Assembly: GCA_050287845.1 (NCBI GenBank)
Contig: JBNKCR010000052.1
Location: 1-31,370, forward strand
DNA from: Polyangia bacterium
GTDB taxonomy: Bacteria > Myxococcota_A > Polyangia > JAAYKL01
DNA length: 31,370 nucleotides
Reading direction: 5' to 3'
This document shows, one piece after another, positions 1 through 8,786 of the stretch (position 1 is the first letter of the stretch; each line of letters opens with the position of its first letter). The notes under the pieces are model-generated. The model saw only the letters and a list, made by a program, of their open reading frames with translations. It was not told the origin of the DNA and made no database searches. A program made the translations under genes and the position numbers.

Positions 1-69
1 AAAACGCTGGCTCAAATGGGACTTAAAAGCCTCTTCAACGAATACCAACGTTTCAATTCTTCAACCTGA
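1..69 (+). CDS. C-terminal fragment of intron-encoded reverse transcriptase/maturase (cut by window edge)
   Basis: Open frame KTLAQMGLKSLFNEYQRFNSST* resembles the maturase C-terminus (L..GL.SL). The stop codon overlaps the start of DV. Confidence 0.75.
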   Translation, partial: KTLAQMGLKSLFNEYQRFNSST

Positions 70-140
70 ACCGCCGTATACGGAACCGTATGTGCGGTGG
101 TGTGGTGAGCTCGGGCGGGCGACCGCCCCGGCTACCCAAT
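1..140 (+). mobile_element. 3' end of a group II intron (class C-like): end of RT ORF, domain V and domain VI
   Basis: GAACCGCCGTATACGGAACCGTATGTGCGGTGGTGTG (68-104) is a short DV with the CCG triad typical of class C. It is followed by a DVI hairpin (gggcgggcgaccgccc) ending CTACCCAAT at 140, fitting the AY terminus. Confidence 0.9.
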
Positions 141-212
141 CGCCATGAACAGAATATCAGACTGATGTCTTCCATCCATTGGCATCCGATCCAGATATGA
201 TAAAGAGACAGC

Positions 213-268
213 TCGTCGAGGGGAAAATACAGTGCCGACAACGGTACTTTCAGATTTGTGATAAATCT
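213..268 (-). repeat. ~57-bp dispersed repeat, copy 1 (copy 2 at 29573-29631)
   Basis: Reverse complement agatttatcacaaatctgaaagtaccgttgtcggcactgtattttcccctcgacga vs agatctatcacaaatctgaaaataccgttgtcagcagtgtaatttttccccctcgacga. Confidence 0.85.
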
Positions 269-293
269 TCCGGTTAAAGGGCGTTTGAGGGTT

Positions 294-1280
294 TTATTCG
301 GTTCGCATGGAGAGGAAGCGGGCGTGGCCTTTTTCGACGAGGGTTCTGTTGATGTAGATGTTGTCGGCGACCAGGTCGGCGACGTAGCGGCCGTAGCGGT
401 CGGTGCTGTAGGTGTAGATAATAATATTTTTTTTGTTTTTAAGCAGGCGTTCCAATGCACTCTTTGCTTTCTGTCCCTGCGGGCTGGTGAGTTCCATGGC
501 ATCGACGCCCCGTAATCGGAGACGTTCGGAGATGAAGATGCCAGTGGTGAGCTGGATACGCATTTTCACGGTATCGCCGTCGATGACTTTTTCGAGGGTG
601 GCCAGATAGCAGTAGCGTTCTCCAGGGGTGCAATCGACGGGTTTCAGGTGGCCGGTGGGGAATCGCTGAATGAAGGCGCCGTCCTGGAGGTGGTTGAGTC
701 TGGCGGTGTTGGGGAGGTGCTGGACGCCGAATCCGACGTCGAGCAGCGGCGGAGCGCCGGGAGTGGGGCGAACGAGTTTTGCAATCTGGAGAGTGCCTTT
801 ACGCGGAGAAAGGGGAAATCTTTCCGGTGCGTCTTTGTTTTGCTGAAGGGTAAGGGATACCAACTGCTGCAGTGCGTCGCGATCGAGATGCCGACGGATG
901 GCCTCCTGTTCAAGTTGCGCCCGTGTGGCGGCGTCCTCGACGCTGAGCAGGATGCAATAATGGCTCCATGAGAGTGCGGGGTTCACGGTATCTTCGGTGT
1001 ACTGGGTGGCGAATTTACGCATGTAGCGCATGGTGCGGGTGGAGGGACCTTTGCCGTATTTGGTTTTGAGGTCCCGGCAGAGGGTGGGCACCAGTTTTTT
1101 GCCGTAGTTTCCGGTCTGTTCCGCGATGCGCAGAATGTGGTCTATTTGTCTGCCTATCTGAAAATATGTGCTGCTTTTTGGACCCCCATGGGCGGTTTCG
1201 GTGTGCAGGAGGGTGGTTTCGTAAATTTGACAAATTCTGTTGAATAGGGTTGTATAATCAGTGGATGCACCTGGGGTCAT
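294..1280 (-). CDS. DUF1016 (YhcG) N-terminal domain fused to a staphylococcal-nuclease (thermonuclease) domain
   Basis: The N-terminal YFQIGRQI...YGKKLV..LCRDL..KYGKG.S...MRKFA..Y...LSWSHY is the DUF1016_N pattern. The C-terminal VIDGDT...RLRGVDAME...DRYGRYVADL...IN..LV..GHA is the SNase pattern. Confidence 0.85.
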   Translation of the reverse strand: MTPGASTDYTTLFNRICQIYETTLLHTETAHGGPKSSTYFQIGRQIDHILRIAEQTGNYGKKLVPTLCRDLKTKYGKGPSTRTMRYMRKFATQYTEDTVNPALSWSHYCILLSVEDAATRAQLEQEAIRRHLDRDALQQLVSLTLQQNKDAPERFPLSPRKGTLQIAKLVRPTPGAPPLLDVGFGVQHLPNTARLNHLQDGAFIQRFPTGHLKPVDCTPGERYCYLATLEKVIDGDTVKMRIQLTTGIFISERLRLRGVDAMELTSPQGQKAKSALERLLKNKKNIIIYTYSTDRYGRYVADLVADNIYINRTLVEKGHARFLSMRTE

Positions 1281-1345
1281 GGACGGCCTCTACGGTTGTG
1301 ATTTCTGTTGTGATTTCTGTTTTTTTAACCCAACTGGACAAATAG

Positions 1346-1359
1346 TGCAACCGGTTGCA
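1346..1359. promoter_or_regulatory. Perfect 14-bp palindrome TGCAACCGGTTGCA, LacI-family operator-like
   Basis: Matches TGNAANCGNTTNCA. Lies 66 bp upstream of the DUF1016-SNase start and is flanked by ACTGGACA direct repeats (1333-1340, 1373-1380). Confidence 0.4.
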
Positions 1360-1799
1360 ATTTTTATCCGCTACTGGACATGATCTGTAACCTGCTGAAA
1401 ATAAAACAATAAATAGTGACGTGTATCGATTGTTTAACCGGGGGTTAACAATTCAATTGGTTTTAAATCGTGTTTTGTTGCGATTGTTGACCCTGTATGT
1501 GCTGTTGGTTGTACTTTGTAGCGGCGACAGTGCAGTCGAACAGTGCAGTCGATGACAATCCGTGCTCGCCTGGGCATCTGTTCTTCCGCTCCAGATTTTC
1601 GACCCGTTCCATATGTTATGAAACGAGTTGTACAGACAAATTGGTATTCGTGAACGTGTGTGGTATTTTTATGGGAACCTTGAAATCAAGGTTGTCTGAA
1701 AAATGATTTTCGACTGTTCAATGGGGAGCAGCGCATAATCCGCCGCTTTGAGGATTCAACCTGAGCCATCTGAACGTGGTGTAACGACTTCGACGCTGA

Positions 1800-2705
1800 A
1801 TGATGATGAAAAAGCAGACGAAACAGCCGGGCGGACTGATGTCCCGATTCAGTGGGTTTCTGAAAAATTCGAAGGTGACGGTCTTGTCGCCCTTCGGCAG
1901 AGATACCCTTGCGGATGCCGGTCAGGGATCGCGGATTGGCGCACCCGGGAGCGCGCTGGAAAAGTTGCTGCGCGCGGTGGGGCAGAGCGGTGTGCTTATG
2001 GGGCGTACCGGCAGACTGATTTTTACCGCCAAATGCGATCGGGGTGAGACATTTCGGGTTGCCCATAGATTTACCAATGGATCGTTCTGGTTTGTGGTGA
2101 TTGCCATGTCCTTTGTGGGGATGATCATGGTGTACCAATCCACGGTTCAGCTGGATCGGGCGGTGGGGGACACCACCCTGGTGGGGGCGTCGTTTTTCAA
2201 GCTGCTGGTTCGCGTGCTGGGGCCAACGGTGATTGGGATGCTGCTGGCGTGTCGGGTAGGGGCGGGAATTGCCGCGGAAATCGGCGCCATGAGCGTGACC
2301 AGTCAGCTGGATGCCATGCGGATGTGCGCGGCCGACCCCATTGAAACCCTGATGGTTCCCAGGCTTCGTGGCGGTATTGTGGCTTCGCTGACCCTGACGG
2401 CCATCGGATGTGCCGCGTCGATGTTCGCGGGGCTGGTGACGGGAATTGTGTGGTTTGCCATGGCCTCAACGACCTACATGAATTTTTCACTGATTGCCTC
2501 TTCGGATATTGTGCAGGGGCTGACCAAAGCGTTTTGCTATGGGGTGGCCATTCCGGTGGTGTCCGGCGCCTGCGGCCTTGCAGCCCATGGCGGGGCGCGT
2601 GGGGTGGGCCAGGCCACCACGGATGCGGTGGTGGGGTCTTCTTTTGTGATTGTGGTGCTGGACTCCCTCATTTCGATGGCGTCCCACGTATTGGTGGGTC
2701 AATGA
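1800..2705 (+). CDS. mlaE: MlaE-family ABC transporter permease
   Basis: LGPTVIGMLLACRVGAGIAAEIGAMSVTSQLDAMR..AADP and G.GVGQATTDAVV motifs. The start codon is uncertain. Confidence 0.9.
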   Translation: MMMKKQTKQPGGLMSRFSGFLKNSKVTVLSPFGRDTLADAGQGSRIGAPGSALEKLLRAVGQSGVLMGRTGRLIFTAKCDRGETFRVAHRFTNGSFWFVVIAMSFVGMIMVYQSTVQLDRAVGDTTLVGASFFKLLVRVLGPTVIGMLLACRVGAGIAAEIGAMSVTSQLDAMRMCAADPIETLMVPRLRGGIVASLTLTAIGCAASMFAGLVTGIVWFAMASTTYMNFSLIASSDIVQGLTKAFCYGVAIPVVSGACGLAAHGGARGVGQATTDAVVGSSFVIVVLDSLISMASHVLVGQ

Positions 2706-3436
2706 TTTCGTTTGACCGGATCTCCATTGAACTGGGCGGGCGCCAGATTCTGGAGGATGTGTCCCTGAATATTGAGGAAGGCGAAGTCTTTTGCATTGTC
2801 GGTCGCTCCGGCGTGGGCAAGAGTGTGATGATTAAGCAACTGGTGGGTCTGTTGCATCCGGATGAAGGGTCGATTCAGTTCAAGGGGCGCGAGGTGGTGG
2901 GGATGAGCGAAACGGATTTGCAGCAGCTCCGCAAGGAGTGTGGCATGGTGTTTCAGCACGCCACCCTGTTTGATTCCATGTCATGCGTGGAGAATGTCGC
3001 GTTGCCCATTCGGCTGCATCAGGGGGTGAGACATCACAAAGCCCGGGAGCGGGCGCTGCGGTACATGGCGGAAGTGGGCGTTGAGCATCTGGCGGAAAAG
3101 GATCCGGCGACGCTGGGCCCCGGGCTTCGAAAGCTGGTGGCCATCGCCCGGACATTGACTCTGGAGCCGGACGCCATTCTGTTTGATGAACCGACGACGG
3201 GGCTGGATCCGCTGGCTGCCCGCAAGTTTGACCAGCTGGTGACCGGCACTTTGGCCGGGACGAATATGACCCAGGTGGTTGTGTCTCACGACGTTCGATC
3301 TATTTTTGATATTGCCAATAAAATTGCCATGCTCCATGAGGGCAGGGTAAGATTTCTGGGAACCCCCGAAGAGCTGGAGAGCAGTGAGGACCAGGTTGTA
3401 CGGGATTTTATATTGGGGCAACCCGGTGAGGAGTGA
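2702..3436 (+). CDS. mlaF: MlaF-family ABC transporter ATP-binding protein
   Basis: ATG at 2702 overlaps the mlaE stop (ATGA). Walker A GRSGVGKS, VFQHATLFDS, DEPTTGLDP, SHD. Confidence 0.9.
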   Translation: MISFDRISIELGGRQILEDVSLNIEEGEVFCIVGRSGVGKSVMIKQLVGLLHPDEGSIQFKGREVVGMSETDLQQLRKECGMVFQHATLFDSMSCVENVALPIRLHQGVRHHKARERALRYMAEVGVEHLAEKDPATLGPGLRKLVAIARTLTLEPDAILFDEPTTGLDPLAARKFDQLVTGTLAGTNMTQVVVSHDVRSIFDIANKIAMLHEGRVRFLGTPEELESSEDQVVRDFILGQPGEE

Positions 3437-4491
3437 CAATGGCGGCCGGTAACCGAGACGAGAGACGACTGGAGCTGAAAGTTGGTGCAATGATACTTGT
3501 TGCCCTGGCGATACTGGTGGCGTTCGTTCTGATAGTCAGTGATATTTCTTTTGCAAAAACCGAGCAGTTGGACATTTATTTTCACAATCCGGGAGGGTTG
3601 TCCCCGGGGGTGGCGGTGAAGGTGGCAGGGCGCAAGGTGGGCAAAGTCACTGAAATGACATACATGGGGTTGAATGGTCCGAATAATCCATTGACTGGGC
3701 GTCCCGCATTGGTTCGGGTGCGAATGGAAGTGGAAAAGACGGTGTTCGATACCCTGCGCAGTGATGCCCATTTTTACATTACTTCGAAGGGGGTGCTGGG
3801 GGATCCCTTCCTGGAAATCGATCCGGGGGTGGCGGAGGCCCCGGTTTCAAGGAGCGATAAACTGTTTGGAACGGACCCGCCCCGTCTGGATTTGTTTCTG
3901 GCGGATGCCGCGGAGCTGGTGCGGGCCCTGAATCGGTTGCTCGTTACCAATGCGGACAGTCTTGATCGCCTGATTAAGGGAACCTCCAATCTGGTGACCG
4001 TGGCGGATGCGTTTGTGAACGGCGACAATGATGCCGATGGCAGCAAGGCCCGATTCGTTCGGATACTTGAGAATATGGAACAGCTGACAGTGGATACACA
4101 GACGCTGATAAAAAATGTGAACGAAAAGTACGTGGACAATCCGGATGTGTTGAAAACGGTTCAGCATCTGAAGTCTGTATCCGCCAAACTGGATGGAGAG
4201 CTGTCGCCGTTGATGTCCGATGTGCGCAACACGTTGGCCATGTTGAACCGGGTTGGTGAAACCATTGGTCCGGAGGAGCAGGAGGCCATTCGTCAATCGC
4301 TGATGCGGCTGGACAGGGTCACCCACCGTGCGGATGCGGCGCTGGTTCGTGTGGATGCGATGATTGAGCGGCTGCAGCAGGGCAAGGGGACAGTGGGACA
4401 ACTGTTGCAGGATGAAGAAATTTATGATGACCTCAAAGAATTGCTGAGAGATATCAAACATCATCCCTGGAAACTGATCTGGGAAGACTGA
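3433..4491 (+). CDS. mlaD: MlaD/MCE-family substrate-binding protein
   Basis: ELKVG plus a TM helix, GL.PG..V.VAG.KVG.V, GVLGD.FLEI.PG, a helical tail with GKGTVGQLLQD, and a C-terminal PWKL. Confidence 0.88.
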   Translation: MTMAAGNRDERRLELKVGAMILVALAILVAFVLIVSDISFAKTEQLDIYFHNPGGLSPGVAVKVAGRKVGKVTEMTYMGLNGPNNPLTGRPALVRVRMEVEKTVFDTLRSDAHFYITSKGVLGDPFLEIDPGVAEAPVSRSDKLFGTDPPRLDLFLADAAELVRALNRLLVTNADSLDRLIKGTSNLVTVADAFVNGDNDADGSKARFVRILENMEQLTVDTQTLIKNVNEKYVDNPDVLKTVQHLKSVSAKLDGELSPLMSDVRNTLAMLNRVGETIGPEEQEAIRQSLMRLDRVTHRADAALVRVDAMIERLQQGKGTVGQLLQDEEIYDDLKELLRDIKHHPWKLIWED

Positions 4492-4627
4492 ATCTGGTGA
4501 ATCATACGGAATTTAAAGGGAATTTGATGTATTTAACTGCTTTGTGGCGACGGGAATGTAGTTGACCACTGAATTGTAAGTATAATATCTTTGTTGAAAC
4601 AATTGGATTCTACGCCTCGGAGGATAG

Positions 4628-6340
4628 ATGGCTTCAGATAACAGACTTGGTGAATTGCTGGTTCGGGAGAAGATGATTTCTCTGGTTGAGCTTCGGAAAG
4701 CTCAGGAACTGCAGAAGCAGAACGGTGACAACCTGGGCAAGAGCCTCGCGAAACTTGGATATATTTCCGATGATGAGGTGACCGAGTTTATCGCAACACA
4801 GTATAATGTGCCTTCCATTAACCTGGATGAGTATGAAATTGAACCGGAGATTCTCGAACTCGTGCCCAAGGAGGTTGCGGAGCGGCACAAAATTCTGCCG
4901 GTTTCCCGCGCAGGGACGTCCCTGGTGGTGGCCATGGCCGATCCGACCAACCTGCATGCCATTGATGATGTGAAATTTCTGACTGGCTACAATGTGGAGC
5001 CGGTGGTGGCGTCCGAAACCGCCATTGAGTCCGCCATGGAGCGACACTACGCCGCTCCCCTGGCGTCGTATGACGAAGTGATGGATGGTTTCAATGAGGA
5101 CGAGTTCGATTTTGAGAGCGAGCTGGATGACAATGACAACGTTCTTGAGTTGGAGAAACTCAGCGAAGACGCGCCGGTGGTTCGGTTGGTGAACCTCATT
5201 CTGGTCAATGCCATCAAGAAGAACGCATCGGATATTCACATTGAGCCTTATGAAAAGGCGTTTCGCGTCCGGTATCGGGTGGATGGGGTGTTGCATGAAG
5301 AGATGCGCCCGCCTCTCAAACTGAAGAATGCCCTCACCAGTCGACTGAAAATCATGAGTAAGCTCGATATTGCAGAGCGGCGGTTGCCTCAGGACGGCCG
5401 GATTAAACTCAAGCTCGGCAAAGGCCGGGAAATGGATTTCCGCGTGTCTGTGCTGCCAACGCTTTTTGGCGAAAAGGTGGTATTGCGATTGCTGGATAAA
5501 TCCAATCTTCAGCTGGATATGACCAAGCTGGGATTTGATCCGTTACCCCTGGAGTTTTTTAAAAAAGCGATTCACAACCCATACGGCATGGTGCTGGTGA
5601 CCGGTCCCACGGGCTCCGGTAAAACCACCACGCTGTATTCGGCGCTGTCCGAGCTGAATCAGACGGATGTGAATATTTCCACGGCAGAGGATCCGGTGGA
5701 GTTCAATCTGTACGGCATTAATCAGGTACAGATGCATGAAGACATTGGCCTTAACTTTGCCGCGAGTTTGCGTTCGTTTCTGCGGCAGGACCCCGACATT
5801 ATCATGGTAGGCGAGATTCGGGACTTCGAGACGGCGGAAATCGCGGTGAAAGCGGCGCTTACCGGACATATGGTGCTTTCCACCCTGCATACCAACGATG
5901 CGCCATCCACCATCAGCCGTCTGCTGAACATGGGGGTGGAGCCATTTCTGGTCACGGCATCGGTAAATCTGGTTCTGGCCCAGCGATTGGGACGAAAGCT
6001 GTGTACCGAGTGCAAAATTCCCGATCCGAACGCGACCCCGGAGTCACTTCTGGATGCGGGCGTGACGAAGGAACAGCTGCAGGGGGGATTTCAGGCGCTG
6101 GTTGGAAAGGGATGCGCCAGATGTGGTGATACCGGATTCAAAGGCCGTGTGGCGCTTTATGAAGTGATGGAATTTGACGAAGTGCTCAAGGATCTGGTGT
6201 TGCAGGGGTGCTCCACCGCCGAATTGAAATCCGAAGCCATCCGCCGTGGAATGCAATCCCTGCGAATGGCCGGGCTGAAAAAGGTTGGCGAGGGGGTTAC
6301 CTCCATGGCGGAAGTGCTTCGCGTTACCGCCCACGACTGA
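4628..6340 (+). CDS. pilB: Type IV-A pilus assembly ATPase PilB
   Basis: RLGELLV MshEN-like N-terminus, ASDIHIEP, IAERRLPQDGR, GPTGSGKTTT, RQDPD, STLHTND and a Zn-binding CxxC pair. Confidence 0.96.
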   Translation: MASDNRLGELLVREKMISLVELRKAQELQKQNGDNLGKSLAKLGYISDDEVTEFIATQYNVPSINLDEYEIEPEILELVPKEVAERHKILPVSRAGTSLVVAMADPTNLHAIDDVKFLTGYNVEPVVASETAIESAMERHYAAPLASYDEVMDGFNEDEFDFESELDDNDNVLELEKLSEDAPVVRLVNLILVNAIKKNASDIHIEPYEKAFRVRYRVDGVLHEEMRPPLKLKNALTSRLKIMSKLDIAERRLPQDGRIKLKLGKGREMDFRVSVLPTLFGEKVVLRLLDKSNLQLDMTKLGFDPLPLEFFKKAIHNPYGMVLVTGPTGSGKTTTLYSALSELNQTDVNISTAEDPVEFNLYGINQVQMHEDIGLNFAASLRSFLRQDPDIIMVGEIRDFETAEIAVKAALTGHMVLSTLHTNDAPSTISRLLNMGVEPFLVTASVNLVLAQRLGRKLCTECKIPDPNATPESLLDAGVTKEQLQGGFQALVGKGCARCGDTGFKGRVALYEVMEFDEVLKDLVLQGCSTAELKSEAIRRGMQSLRMAGLKKVGEGVTSMAEVLRVTAHD

Positions 6341-6405
6341 TTTTATTCTGTTTTGTATCAGGATTGAACTGACGACAGGTCAGTGGCAATACCAAGGAGT
6401 TCAAT

Positions 6406-7488
6406 GTGGCCAATTTACATCAGCTTCTCAAGGCGATGATTGAAAAAGGGGCTTCGGATCTTCATATCACCACCGGGTCGCCCCCGCAGCTGCGTATCGA
6501 CGGTTCTCTTGTTCCGCTGAAAACTGATCCCCTCGCACCGCAGGACACCAAACGCCTCTGTTATTCTATTTTAACCGAAGAGCAGAAGGTGAAATTTGAA
6601 AAGGACAACGAACTCGATTTGTCTTTTGGTGTGAAGAATCTTGCCCGGTTTCGCGCCAATGTGTTTGTTCAGCGGGGTGCGGTTGCCGGGGCGTTTCGTT
6701 CGATTCCCTTTAAAATCCTCAGTCTGGAAGAGCTCGGGCTGCCCCCGGTGGCCACGGAGCTGGCACATCGTCCCAAAGGACTGGTGTGTATCACCGGACC
6801 GACCGGAGCCGGGAAGTCGACGACGCTGGCTGCCATTATTGATTATCTGAATTCCACCAAACGGTTTCATATTATTACCATTGAAGATCCCATTGAATAC
6901 CTGCATCCCCACAAACGGAGTCTGGTGAATCAGCGGGAAGTTGGCGCGGATACCGTGGGATTTAAAGATGCATTGAAATATGTGTTGAGGCAGGATCCGG
7001 ATGTGGTGCTGGTGGGCGAGATGAGAGACCGGGAAACGGTGGAAGCCGCGCTGACCATTTCAGAGACCGGTCATCTGGTATTTACCACCCTGCACACCAA
7101 CAGCGCCGTCCAGACCGTGAACCGGATTATCGATTTGTTCCCGCCACACCAGCAGGGACAGATTCGCGCCCAGCTGTCTTTTGTGCTTCAGGGAATTCTC
7201 ACCCAGCAGCTACTGCCGCGCGCGGGTGGTCCGGGCCGGGTGCTTGCTGCGGAAGTGATGATTCCCACGGCGGCCATGCGGAATCTGATTCGCGAAGACA
7301 AGGTTCATCAGATGTACGCTCAGATGCAGGTGGGACAGGGACAGCATGGGATGATGACGTTCAATCAGTCGCTTCTCAATCTGCTGCAGCGACGTCTGAT
7401 TACACTGGATGAGGCCCTTGGGCGAAGCCAGGATGTGGAGGAACTCAAAGGGATGATTGCAGACGCGACCAAAAAAGCGTCCAGATAA
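6406..7488 (+). CDS. pilT: Type IV pilus retraction ATPase PilT
   Basis: GASDLHI, GPTGAGKSTT, LRQDPD, ETGHLVF.TLHT, AMRNLIRE. GTG start after the AAGGAG RBS. Confidence 0.96.
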   Translation: MANLHQLLKAMIEKGASDLHITTGSPPQLRIDGSLVPLKTDPLAPQDTKRLCYSILTEEQKVKFEKDNELDLSFGVKNLARFRANVFVQRGAVAGAFRSIPFKILSLEELGLPPVATELAHRPKGLVCITGPTGAGKSTTLAAIIDYLNSTKRFHIITIEDPIEYLHPHKRSLVNQREVGADTVGFKDALKYVLRQDPDVVLVGEMRDRETVEAALTISETGHLVFTTLHTNSAVQTVNRIIDLFPPHQQGQIRAQLSFVLQGILTQQLLPRAGGPGRVLAAEVMIPTAAMRNLIREDKVHQMYAQMQVGQGQHGMMTFNQSLLNLLQRRLITLDEALGRSQDVEELKGMIADATKKASR

Positions 7489-7567
7489 GTTCCCGCTTTT
7501 TGACCTTTGGGCGGTAATCGGGGTAAGATCTGCGTAAACGTTTTTGGACAGGACTGGCGAATCATAC

Positions 7568-8779
7568 ATGGCAAAATTTTTATATGAAGCACGGGACAAG
7601 TCGGGACGCAATATCTCCGGTGAACTGGAAGCGGAAACCGCGCTGGACGCGGAGTCCAGGCTGAAGGCCAACGGGCTGTCTGCCATAAACCTCAAAAAGA
7701 AACCGATTGAAATCAACATTAAGCTTCCATTTGGCAATAAGGTTACCGCCAAGGATTTGAAGACCTTCACCCAGCAGTTTTCGACCATGGTGGACGCCGG
7801 GTTGCCCCTGGTACAGTGTCTGGATATTCTGGGAAGCCAGTCGGAAAATAAATACTTTGGCAATGTGCTGCTGGAAATTAAAGGCTATGTGGAGGGGGGA
7901 TCCACTTTTTCTGATGCCCTTGCCAAGTATCCCAGAATATTCGATACGCTTTTTGTCAATCTGGTGGCCGCAGGTGAGTTGGGCGGTATTCTCGATACCA
8001 TCATGAAGCGCCTTTCGGAATACATCGAAAAGAAAGAACGGCTGCAACGCAAGGTAAAAGGCGCGATGGTCTATCCGACGGCCATTCTGATTGTGACGAT
8101 GATCATTATTTTTGTGTTGCTCAAATGGGTGATTCCCACCTTTGAAAAGATGTTTGCGGACTTTGGAAAGTCCGGCGAACTTCCGGCGCCCACTCAACTG
8201 GTGATTGGCATCAGCAGAGGCTTTCAGGAGTGGTGGTACATCATTTTAGCGGTCATCATCGGCATCGGGATCGGGTACAGGCTGTTCAGACGAAGCGAGT
8301 TCGGTCGGCTGTTCATGGACCGGCTGTTTCTGAATTTGCCCGTCGCCGGACCGGTAGTGCAGAAAATTGCGGTTGCCCGATTCACCCGGACACTCGGAAC
8401 GTTGCTTTCCTCCGGGGTGCCAATTATTGATGCATTGAATACCGTGGCGAAGGCGGCGGGGAACTCGGTGGTTGAGAAAGCCGTGTTCTTTGCTCGGGAT
8501 CGGATTTCAGAGGGGCGGAATATGTCTGAACCGCTCATGGAAGCCAAAATTTTTCCAGGCATGGTGGTACAGATGATCGCCGTGGGGGAGCAGACCGGTG
8601 CGCTGGATATTATGTGCAACAAAATTGCGGATTTCTACGACGAAGAGGTGGACGTGGCGGTGGCGGCACTGACCAGTATGCTCGAACCGCTGATGATGAT
8701 GGTGATTGGTCCGCTGGTTGGCGGTATGGTCATCGCCATGTATCTGCCGATTTTCTCCATTGCCGGAACGGTCGAATAG
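7568..8779 (+). CDS. pilC: Type IV pilus inner-membrane platform protein PilC
   Basis: FTQQFSTMVDAGLPL, AGELGGILD, GAMVYP, VGEQTGALD, LEP, AMYLPIF. Confidence 0.95.
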   Translation: MAKFLYEARDKSGRNISGELEAETALDAESRLKANGLSAINLKKKPIEINIKLPFGNKVTAKDLKTFTQQFSTMVDAGLPLVQCLDILGSQSENKYFGNVLLEIKGYVEGGSTFSDALAKYPRIFDTLFVNLVAAGELGGILDTIMKRLSEYIEKKERLQRKVKGAMVYPTAILIVTMIIIFVLLKWVIPTFEKMFADFGKSGELPAPTQLVIGISRGFQEWWYIILAVIIGIGIGYRLFRRSEFGRLFMDRLFLNLPVAGPVVQKIAVARFTRTLGTLLSSGVPIIDALNTVAKAAGNSVVEKAVFFARDRISEGRNMSEPLMEAKIFPGMVVQMIAVGEQTGALDIMCNKIADFYDEEVDVAVAALTSMLEPLMMMVIGPLVGGMVIAMYLPIFSIAGTVE

Positions 8780-8786
8780 CGCGTTC

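Noticed and set aside
141..200. attC site as the 3' exon of the intron
   Set aside because: No convincing RYYYAAC/GTTRRRY attC structure was seen.
2408..2701. N-terminal extensions of mlaF (and similarly pilS, the ArsA-like gene, the deacetylase and the dehydrogenase) in the ORF track
   Set aside because: They overlap the upstream genes, and family similarity begins at downstream ATGs.
4562..4586. Sigma70 promoter TTGACC...TATAAT upstream of pilB
   Set aside because: The spacer is only 13 nt. The -10 box may be real but the pairing is unsupported.
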